A stretch of 63,995 nt of DNA, counting the filler, from Alloascoidea hylecoeti (taxonomy: Eukaryota), in the NCBI GenBank assembly GCA_001600815.1. It is 8 parts of 7 records of this genome, joined end to end, with 100 filler letters (N's around TTAATTAATTAA, not from the genome) between each part and the next. Parts side by side here need not be neighbours in the genome. Positions count along the whole stretch, not along the records: positions 22,066 to 27,006 come from BCKZ01000051.1; positions 27,107 to 34,023 come from BCKZ01000051.1; 6 more parts are not named here. One strand, 5' to 3'. The notes under the pieces are model-generated. The model searched no databases. It was not told the DNA's origin and saw only the letters and a program-made list of their open reading frames with translations. Position numbers and translations under genes: made by a program. Positions 24,129-34,123 of this stretch are shown in pieces (the first letter of the stretch is position 1; every line of letters starts with the position of its first letter).

Positions 24129-25176
24129 GGTTATTATCATCTGTAGCTTGAGTATAGGTGGAAGAAATTTTAACTTGAGATTTTGTTGCCATTAATATGT
24201 GATAAAACTCCACATTCTGATATTTCTGATTCCAATGCTATGTGATTCTTTTTTCTTTTTGAGTCTCTTCTTTAGATTCATTATAATTTCTTTTAAGTAG
24301 ATTTTGATTTTCAATCTCAGTATTATCAATTGTAACAAGGTTATCGTCATCCTCGTGTAATGGTACAGTATCTTGAATATCTTAATTATCTTGATTAGTA
24401 ATAACACTATTATTCCAAGTGTACTCATTTATGAAATCATCTTCAGTTAAATATTTTTATTATTATTTGTGTTAACATTATTATTAGAATTAATCTCTTC
24501 ACTAATTTCTGGAACATCATCTTCCATGATATTTTTGTCCATAATATCTTGTTCATTAATAGCAGAACCATCACTTGTAAAATCCAAAATTTCGGTAAAA
24601 TGGCCGTTACTATCAATAGTTTTAGAGTTTTTTGATTGGTTAGAATTAGTCATTTATTATCATTTTATCGGTTTCTTTTTGATTTTTTTATCCTGTTCAT
24701 TCATTTTTGTAGACGTAACTGACGATTTAGTTTCATTGGATTTTACAGGTATATTTTTAATTACATCACTATCATTATTATTATTTTCAATTTTGGTTTT
24801 CACTTCAATTATCGCTTGTTTTATCTTTAATTTCATTTTGAGTTGTAACTTTATTCTTAGAATCTGTTTTATTCACAATTTCTTCTTGAATCTCATTATG
24901 GACGTTTACTTCAATCATATCATATTTTGGATCAGTCATTTCATTATTATTATTATCTTCGTGCAAATTATAAGTTGTATTTAGCATTTCTTTTTTAGAT
25001 TCATTGTCAACAATATCAACATCTATAGGACTTGCAACTGAAGTTTCTGTCCTTGGGGATGATGTTGTGAGATGCTTATTATATTCAGTAACACCAAAGG
25101 AATGTGGGGTTGAAGTATATTTTAAGTCATTACTTTTTGTAGACTCTTTATTATAAATTGAATGTGATGTTCTTTC

Positions 25177-25420
25177 TTTTGTTCCTTCTCCTCCTTCAGC
25201 TTCACCAATTCTTGCATAGTGTCATTTAGTTGTTTAATGTAAATCTCTAAGCTCATTGTTGTGTAAGTGATTTTAAAGTGTTATAGGAAAATTATTTATC
25301 TATTCTCAGTTATCTTATTATAAGTGGAAATCATCTACTCTATATATATGTAATTTATTCTACCCCTCAAAATAATGTAAATCTTCTAAGCCATGATATT
25401 TCAAGCTAGTAAACCCAATA
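25177..25420 (-). mobile_element. Solo LTR family A
   Basis: Matches 22105-22329; TSD CTTTC. Confidence 0.9.
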
Positions 25421-25854
25421 CTTTCTGATAGATAATTTATCAGTAATTTTAGTTCAATTGCGGATAAAAATGTATTTGTTATTTTAACATCTCTTGTTGA
25501 TATCATTTTATATGTTGTTAAATCCATACAAGTAAAAACTGATTTAGTTGTTGGTATGCCTAAAATTAGAACTCTATTAGCTTGAAGATTTTCCAATAAT
25601 TTCTTTGATTCCTTTTTTAGTATATTTAGATTAATCATATATGAAACTGTACCGAAAATAGGAATGGAATTAGCATTGAAAGGAACTTGATGTAATGCAA
25701 AATATGGGGAAGTTTGAATAGTATTATGATATAATGAATTGTATATATTGGTTGCTTGGATAAGTGCATAATCCTAGAAGTCAGGAAGTCCTGATGATAC
25801 TAATAAATTCATCACCAGTTGTTTTACAGTTTGGATAGTCCCCTCAGCGATACT

Positions 25855-26080
25855 TATTGGATATATAGTTATATAATTAAATTAGAATAGTTTTTGTTAT
25901 TACATAGTTTCATATATATGGGGTGATATTTATGAAGATCTTCATTTCCCTTATATATTAGCGAGTTGCCACATTATTTAGTTTTAGAAAAACACACGTT
26001 CTTTATAATATAAATTTATTACCAACTATGCCTCAGAAACAATTCAAGGACATCGCCACTGATGAGCCCATAACCCAACA
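25855..26080 (+). mobile_element. Solo LTR family B (~226 bp)
   Basis: TATTGGATATATAG...CCAACA; TSD ATACT. Confidence 0.9.
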
Positions 26081-26793
26081 ATACTGTTTTGTTGTGGGGT
26101 ATAGGGTTAAGAGGTGGATAACTTAATTCCTATATTCCAAGGATTATCAGTCATAGCTACCAGATAAGAACCATTGTAAGAGTGTACTTCTTGAATTTTA
26201 TGTCCCATTATTCTTTCTAAATACAAAAGTTGTGGTTCAAATATTTTTATTGTTGGATATATCGGATTGAATATCGTGTTTTTATAGCTTAAGGTATTGT
26301 AATTAAAAAACGGGTATGTTGTTCTACAATTACTAAAAATTTGTTGTTTTGATTTAAACTTGTACCGAAACCAAATGCTATGTCAACATGATCTAGACGC
26401 TGATGAAGTTCTGTATAGTTTATATCATTTAAATCATTGTCTGATATAACAAGGAAGTAACTGCAATATTTTTATTCATACTAGATTTAACTATTGGAGA
26501 TGTCTTTGAAATATAACTAATATATTTTTGTTCTGCGATTGTAACACTATTTTTATAATCATTAAATGTTTTAAAGAATTTTTTAAAAATCAATTTTGTA
26601 AGGATTTTCTTTTTTGACTAAATTTACTATCTGTTTCTGAGATTGTTCATAAAGTTTTTTATACTTATTATTCTTGTAGCTATTTTATCGAAGTTAGTAA
26701 AGAATCAGTGTCTTCCGGCATTGATTGAACAAATCTTTATCTATCTATTTCTTATTCCTTTTTTTAATATTTAGGGAAAGACTACTTCTTATA

Positions 26794-27348
26794 TGTTAAA
26801 GTTCAAAGTGCCTGTTCTCCCAATTGCGCCAAAAAGCCAATCGACTCTTTAGTGAACTGTTCTAAGAGTGTAATATATATCCAACACACCCCCCAACCTT
26901 AGGCAGGTCAATTTACTAATCGCCATATCTGCTCACCCCCGTGATCTTGCGGGTTTCGGACTTCTTGCAGACTGACTCGGACATTTTACTTTCGGGCCAT
27001 TTATGCNNNNNNNNNNNNNNNNNNNNNNNNNNNNNNNNNNNNNNNNNNNNTTAATTAATTAANNNNNNNNNNNNNNNNNNNNNNNNNNNNNNNNNNNNNN
27101 NNNNNNTGCGGGTTTCGGACTTCTTGCAGACTGACTCGGACATTTTACTTTCGGGCCATTTATGCGTTACCCTACTAAGCCTCAACTAGACTGATGTAAA
27201 CTACCGTCCTACGGCGGACTCGAACCTGATGCCTCTCGTGGCGGCGCCGCTACCATGTTAAAGTTCAAAGTGCCTGTTCTCCCAGTTGCGCCAAAAAGCC
27301 AATCGACTCTTTAGTGAACTGTTCTAAGAGTGTAATATATATCCAACA
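26794..27348 (-). mobile_element. TRIM-like mini LTR retroelement (family C): LTR 27348-27256, PBS 27255-27244, 210-nt internal domain, PPT 26900-26887, LTR 26886-26794; reconstructed across the linker
   Basis: The two contig ends overlap by 59 identical nt (26948-27006 = 27107-27165). 93-bp TG..CA LTRs, PBS TGGTAGCGGCGC, PPT AAGGTTGGGGGGTG, no ORF. Outer flanks lack a shared TSD, so the halves are probably from two copies. Confidence 0.85.
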
Positions 27349-27612
27349 GGATTCACTTAAAATTGATACAAAAGTTTTGTAGTTGAATGTCGGTTCCAAC
27401 AAATCCGGAAGGTTTAAACAAGAAAATTGTTTGTTAAAGTATCTTGTATCTAAGTCCCTTAAATCATTTTGAATTAAGACCCGTGCTTCTGTGTTTATCA
27501 CATTTGGATCACGTCTTAAACGGCTTAAACTATCGTAAATTCTTTTTAATGACTCTGTATTTCTAGAAATCAAAACGGATGATATGACTTGATCAAAACG
27601 AGCATCATCTTG

Positions 27613-27861
27613 TTTTGTTCCTTCTCCTCCTTGAGCTTCACAAATTCTTGCATAGTTTCATTTAGTTGTTTAATATAAATTTCTAAGCTCATTGTTGTGT
27701 AAGCAATTTTAAAGCGTTATAGGAAAATTATTAATCTATTCTCAGTTATCTTATTATAAGTGGAAATCATCTACTCTATATATATGTAATTTATTTTACC
27801 GCTCAAAAATAATGTAGATCTTCTAAACCAGCCATGATGTTTCAAGCTAGTAAACCCAATA
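27613..27861 (-). mobile_element. Solo LTR family A
   Basis: Matches other copies; TSD TCTTG. Confidence 0.9.
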
Positions 27862-27899
27862 TCTTGATATGTTAATATATTTTTGATTAATTCGATCTC

Positions 27900-29870
27900 C
27901 TTAGCACTAGTTTTGTCAATGATATCGTAATAGTTGTCATCTAGTAAGCCTTTGATAATCTTTTTACCTGTTTCTTGAATAATAGGATCTTTTTCACTCT
28001 TGTGTATATAAAAACTATCTATTTCAATATATTCTCCTGACTATTTTTACAGCTTCCTCTATTCGTAATTCAAAAATTGTGGGTTGTTTCTTCTTTATCC
28101 TGTTCATGTTCATTTCAACCTCCAGAAGTTTACCCCTTAATTGCTCATTAGTCGCCACTGGATTTTCATTGAGCAACTTGGCCTTGCCTCTTCTACCCTT
28201 TCTCAGTTGTTTCACTTTATTTTTATAAAGCTCCGGGCCCGGGTGCTTAATTCTGGAAATTAAACTGGTTGTTCATTGCTGCTCTAAAATCCTCCACTTA
28301 GCAAATGCCTCCGCATATTTCTTATCTTCACTCCTTTTAGCATACAAAATGTCTAATTTTTGATAAAATTCTATGGAAGCATCATCATCGAGATTGAGCA
28401 AGTTATCCTTTGGTGGTGGTTCATCCAGAGAAATTGACTTTACCCGGTTCACCACCACACTCGAATCAAGTGGTCAAATACCACTCTTCTCAAATCCCGA
28501 TATAATATTGGAAGTCGTTCCTCCATTACTTTTTGCGAATAAAACTGCTGGCATAAGGTTATTTGTTTGTCGCCGGTGCCTAAAATTTGGTTTATAGAGA
28601 TTTTCTTTATTGGGTTTACTAGAAGATCTACATTATTTTTGAGGGGTAAAATAAATTACATATATATAGAGTAGATGATTTCCACTTATAATAAGATAAC
28701 TGAGAATAGATTAATAATTTTCCTATAACNCTTTAAAATCGCTTACACAACAATGAGCTTAGAACTTTATATTAAACAATTAAATGAAACTATGCAAGAG
28801 TTTGTGAAGCTCAAGGAGGAGAAGGAACAAAATTCTTTGTCGTACTTGTGGAATGCCATCCAAAGTGGCTGACATCAAGTGAATGGCTAGGCGGAACCAT
28901 CAAATCCACACTATTTTCCCGGCATTCTTCGAAAAGTCGTAAAAGAGGAGTGGCCATCGACGACCAATAACTGTCTTCTTTTTCGGCTGGTATATTTAAG
29001 AGGAGTGTTCTGGAACCACAAGAAAGAGCTCAGAATTGAAGTAACCAGAGGGTGTTGCTCTTACAGAGCAGTTACGAATATCCTTCTTCTTTACATCTTG
29101 CAACCAAACCTTTCCAACTGTTGTATCTTTAACGATCATCAGTGGAAACATAACATATCCAACAGCATTTATGAACTCTAATGAGGTGGAGAGTTCAGCT
29201 TTTGTAGCACCCAATTGAGGACCACTTGACTCCTCAGAAGGCAAAATACAGAGCCAGCTATCGGAAATCTCACCCATTTGATAGCCTGTATCATTGCAAT
29301 CATAAATATCTCTTGGTTCGTAACGATTTTCTTGGATTAAGTCACCTAAGGTTTTGAACCATCTTTCCAGGTCTTCTTTATTGGTACTAAAAAACCTATA
29401 AGCATCCAATCCTTTAGCTCTCTTCAAGGTGATGATCGGATTCCTTTTTAAAAACATTTCTATCCAATTCTTATTCATATAATGGTGAGTGGTGGTGTGC
29501 TTGGTTGGTTTTAGTGTTGATGGTTTGGGGTACTTATCTTTTCCAGAATACCTTAGGTCCGCTAACTCATCCACCAAAGAATAAAGCTTTTCTTTGTCAG
29601 CTGCCATATCTATTTTTGCAGCGTAAAGTAGCAGATTCGTTAGCCAATTTTTATCTGCCTTTGACAAGTGTGGTAGGCTTCTTTTGATGCTGAATTTGAT
29701 TGTCCATCATCGAGTCTATATATGAGAGTTGAACGGGCTAACCTGGCGTCCTTTGCAATCTTTCTGATTGATGTATTGGGATCCAGAAGGCTTCTGGACA
29801 TTTCATTTAGTATTCTAGTTTCCTTATCTCTTGAAGCAAGAGCTCTAAGTTTTCTTTTTGATTTTGCCAT
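27900..29870 (-). pseudogene. pogo/Fot1-type (HTH, CENP-B, DDE_1) transposase pseudogene
   Basis: SIRKIAKDARLARSTL HTH, NWIEMFLKRNP, DIYDCNDTG (DETG), LLVVDGHSS; frameshifts and an LTR insertion; 3' limit approximate. Confidence 0.85.
28608..28832 (+). mobile_element. Solo LTR family A
   Basis: TATTGGG...GGAACAAAA; TSD TTCTT. Confidence 0.9.
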
Positions 29871-30392
29871 TGTTTGTGAGAGGATACAAAGGCTACGGGT
29901 TTTACGCTTTGGATATGCATGGTCAAGGACTATAACCATGTCAAACTCAATACCGGTAAACTGGTCACTATGGGTCATGGCTATTTGGAAAGTGATTTCT
30001 CTTGTTTTTGGTATGAATTTTGTAAATCTTATTGATGGTGATAATGAAAGTGTTATCAAGAAAGGCAAAACGGTCCCTGATTATAAATTAATGATAAGGA
30101 ATTTGTAATTCATAAATTGGATTTGGAATCATGTGATATTGTTGATGGTTTAGAATCGAATCTACTTTAATAAGATAATATATGTAGTCGAAATAAATCT
30201 TGCTCTCTTAGAAAATGAGGAAAAGCTTCTTCTTACATATATGGATAATTAACTATTTAACTATGAATGATTATCTAAAAATAGGAAAGAAGTGAATTAT
30301 TAATAATATAGGGCGGGTAGCCATATGTATAACAAATCGGAATATAAGTAACGTGTATTAACTTATTTAAAGTTTAAAGTATTCGTATATTT

Positions 30393-30589
30393 TTGAATAG
30401 AATTAGATGTTGATTCTTGTTCGCTCATTGCTAATTGATGTCCTCAGATGGAATCCCCACATCGTAAAAATATAATATAATAAATATATTCATATTTAAT
30501 TTTCAAGAGTTTAAGAACAACGTGTTTATACAATCTGAGGACATCAATTAACAATGAGCGAACAAGAATCATCATCTAATTCTATTCAA
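30393..30589. repeat. 57-bp inverted repeat (2 mismatches) with an 83-bp spacer
   Basis: 30393-30449 is the reverse complement of 30533-30589. Confidence 0.9.
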
Positions 30590-32570
30590 CAAAAATAAAA
30601 ATAATAAAACTGTCCTAAAATAGATAGAAGGGATTTGTTCTCATCTTTAATAGGAATAAGATCGTTTGCAACTTCAGGTTTCTTCACTGTAATTTATATT
30701 AAATCTACATGTATCTGTTTTTGGTTACTTTACTAAACTTGTTAATATCCAATATATCATCTGCCAATTTGAGATCGTGAAAAAGCCGTAAATTTATTGT
30801 AATAATAATGTATTCTAAAGTATTGAGAAGAGTTAGCCCAGATGCACTCATGATAGTATTAAATTGCAAATTCAAGATCGGGGCTGAATTCAGGGAGAAT
30901 ACGGGCGAAAAAGCCAAGGTGACTAGAAACCAGTCAATTATAAGGAGCGGCGGGAAGTTTAATTAGATTATGACTGGAAAGTAATCATGACATATAGTAT
31001 TAACAAAATAAATAAAGTATTAATTTAATATAATATAATTCATATGATGTTATAGTGGCGTATTAATCGTGATACTAGTCTTACTGTGTATTAGTAGATA
31101 ATAGTCTGATTAAAGTTTGATCTTCCCCTGACAAGTGGAACACAGGTCCTTTTATGGTCGGGAGATGATCACATGATTACACGACTTTCTCTAAGAGATC
31201 CACAAGACATGTGACCAGCTTTGCCATATATGGACGAGTATGTAACATATGATTATATATTTTTTTATATCCAAATATAGGTCTATTTGGATTTATAGTA
31301 ATCCCATAATTACATGGCTTGTAACTTACCCTTGATTCAATTAGCTGATCACATGAAAAACGATTGATCGATGTTGAATATCAGCTTTAAGCATATAACC
31401 AACCTTTAGATCTGCCTCTGAACAAGCTGTAATCTTGAGAATTAATATGATACGATAGCAGACACAAACACAAACTTAAACAGAAACATAAGCTTAGAAT
31501 ATTATACATAAATAACCAAGCAGCAATCACAAATGATTGGATATTGGTAATATTTAATGTTAATGTGCTTTAAACTGTAGTTTAATAAGATTTGGATAAT
31601 AATATTGGTGGTTGAATCACGTATTGGAGATACATAGTGGAGGTCACAATCAACAAATAGATATAGGATAAATAGTTAATACCATCATTTTAATTAGGGC
31701 TGAAATATATATAGTCAACTTTTTATAATCCAATTATATGGTATATTGAAGGTTTATGTTACGAAATGAAAACATTTGAGATACATTGGCACTTCTCAAG
31801 TGCTGCATATTGGTGCATGTACAGAGCCGCGAAAACNAAAAGTTGTCCAGATGTTAGTGTAGTCAAAGATTAAGAAGCGCTACACTAAAACAAGTAAGCT
31901 TATCATTTTCAGCGTATATCAATTGTATATAATCAGTTGAAAAACAACATGAGGATATGTTTTTCAAAAATATTTTATGTTTGTGTCTTGTTTTTTCTGC
32001 TTTGAAGACTGATGTGATGTTGAGTAACGAGATGAAAAAAAGTGAGGGTGAATATTTTTAAGCTCTAATTAGGTGATATTTAATGTTAATGTGCTTTTAA
32101 TTTTAATGTGCTTTAAATTGTAGTTTAATAATACCCGTCGTTTATATGAGCTCATGTTGTGGTGACATTTTGTACTGGTACCAGAATGGGTGCCAAATCG
32201 GTACAGAATCCTGGGTTCCTGTGCCAAAGCTGTACCCACCATTGGACACACCATTGGACACACCATACCATTGGAGGGCCGAACTTTGTACTCACAACAA
32301 TTTCTCAAAAACCGATTAATGTTACATTATATGAAAACAAAAATCTATATTTTATCAATTATATATCAAATTTTCTATTTCTCGTTGGTCGATATCATTT
32401 ATCTTGGCTGTTAATATAACACTCTTGTTATTTATAAAACCCGTCCACTTTTGTGTGTGCATTTACCATGCAGTGNCGGTCCGGGCCTAAGACCCGGGTC
32501 GGTACCTGCAGTCAACTATTCATGCTTTATGCTTCTGGTTCACCGACATTCAAAGCAAGAGCATAAATAT

Positions 32571-33928
32571 ACTTAAGGAATCTATCACCCAGTGGGTCTA
32601 AATTACTTATAAGATCTTTTGTTAGAGTTATACGCTACAGTGAACTTTACGTTAATTAATTTTTTAACTTAAACTTAAAACTTTATTCAAGAATACTAAT
32701 TATCTTATTTTAGTTGTTAACTAAATTTCGGCCAAAACAAACTTTAAATTCGTGGTTGTGTTAAGAATCTGTTTTTCTGAGATACTTCTCATACACTCCT
32801 CCCTTTTAAACTAAGACGTCCTCGTCTTGTCCTACTCTCTCAATCTGCTGCCTAAGGAACTTGTCGTAGTACTCTGTCTTCAAACTATTCTTCACTGCTG
32901 TTGGTGCCATTTCAAATTCTCTATATGTTAGCTCTGATGAGATGTTGGGGTCACAATCTTTCCATTTTACTGTATAAATTCTGTTGAAGTCGTTATGGTC
33001 TATTATCTGTTCTATCTCTTTAATTCTTTCTTTTACTTCTCGTCCTGATCTGGGTGGAAATTTGGTGTAATTTTCTTCGTTGGTGTACTCTTTCAACCAC
33101 TTTATATTTATATTTCGCCATCTGTTCTTTACCGTCCTAAAGTCAATTTGGTACGTATTTTTGTTCATAACATTGGTGATTTCATAAGGGCCTATATAAA
33201 TTGGTTGCAATTTCTTCTCTAACGCCGCAATTCCTTTGTTCTTTCTATCGATCAGTACCCACTGTCCTTTCTTGTATATGTTGTCGCGCCTTTTCCTATT
33301 AGTTTGGTCTTCTTGTTCGCGCTGTGCCTCCGCCATATTATCTCTAATTCGTTGTAAGATTGCCTTGATCTTTTCTACTTTCTCCTCAGCTGTCTTTGAT
33401 TTTCTGGTTAAACTTACTGGTCCTAAATTTCTCGGGTCTGCTGGTTCGTAACCTAATTCTGCCATGAATGGTGAACAATTTATTGATTTCTGNTGACTAC
33501 TGTTGTAAGCAAATTCTAAAATTGGTAAATATTCTTCCCAATCGTCATTTTCCTTATTCACATATGTCCTAAGTAATTGATTCAATATCTTGTTAAGTCT
33601 CTCCGTTTGACCATCTGTATCCGGGTGGTTCACTGTCGAAAAATCTAACTCTGTTCCTAGCAAATCATGCAATGTCTTCCAAAAGGCTCCTAGAAATCTT
33701 ATGTCTTTATCTGAAATTATACTTTTTGGTGTACCATGTAAGCGAAAAATCTGTTCTACAAACAATTTTGCCGCTCCCTCCCCCGTTAATTCTTTGCTTG
33801 TAGCAATAAAATGTCCCCGTTTTGTAAGTCTATCAATAACCACATATATCGCATTATGCCCCTGTTTATTCTTTGGTATACCTGTAACAAAATCCATTGA
33901 TATTTGCTCCCATCTTTCCTTAGGTATC
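32571..33928 (-). mobile_element. Ty3/gypsy 3' part: integrase with chromodomain-like tail (33897-32806), PPT (32807-32794), 3' LTR family D (32793-32571)
   Basis: [29 protein letters not shown] motif, IEQIIDH..YTVKWKD; PPT AAAAGGGAGGAGTG. Confidence 0.93.
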
Positions 33929-34023
33929 TATTGGATATATAGTTATATAATTAAATTAGAATAGTTTTTGTTATTACATAGTTTCATATATATGGGGTGA
34001 TATTTATGAAGATCTTCATTTCC
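33929..34023 (+). mobile_element. Family B LTR (truncated by the contig end) inserted in the gypsy integrase
   Basis: Identical to the start of 25855-26080. Confidence 0.85.
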
Positions 34024-34123
34024 NNNNNNNNNNNNNNNNNNNNNNNNNNNNNNNNNNNNNNNNNNNNTTAATTAATTAANNNNNNNNNNNNNNNNNNNNN
34101 NNNNNNNNNNNNNNNNNNNNNNN

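Larger units (their letters stand above)
22330..26790 (-). mobile_element. Degenerate Ty1/copia element (integrase-RT-RNase H) carrying nested LTRs
   Basis: RNase H FTDADFANDKETYKSTSG and STAEAE; RT YKSLIGSLLF..SRPDVCFGV, IYIDDLL, HIDFHCAYLN; integrase ISTRDVK; many frameshifts. Confidence 0.9.

Noticed and set aside
24129..24134. GGTTAT after LTR C as a Ty5-type half-tRNA PBS
   Set aside because: GGTTA is the target-site duplication; it also precedes the LTR at 23682-23686.
26030..26080. Hammerhead ribozyme (retrozyme) in LTR B: GAAAC and CTGATGAG present
   Set aside because: Stems I and III cannot be formed, and CTGATGA is absent from the diverged copies at 52114 and 53348.
27216..27300. 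A true tRNA gene
   Set aside because: A and B boxes are present but no cloverleaf can be drawn, and the boxes straddle an LTR end and PBS.
31168..31356. ATCACATG motifs as point-centromere CDEI
   Set aside because: No AT-rich CDEII followed by a CDEIII CCG element.
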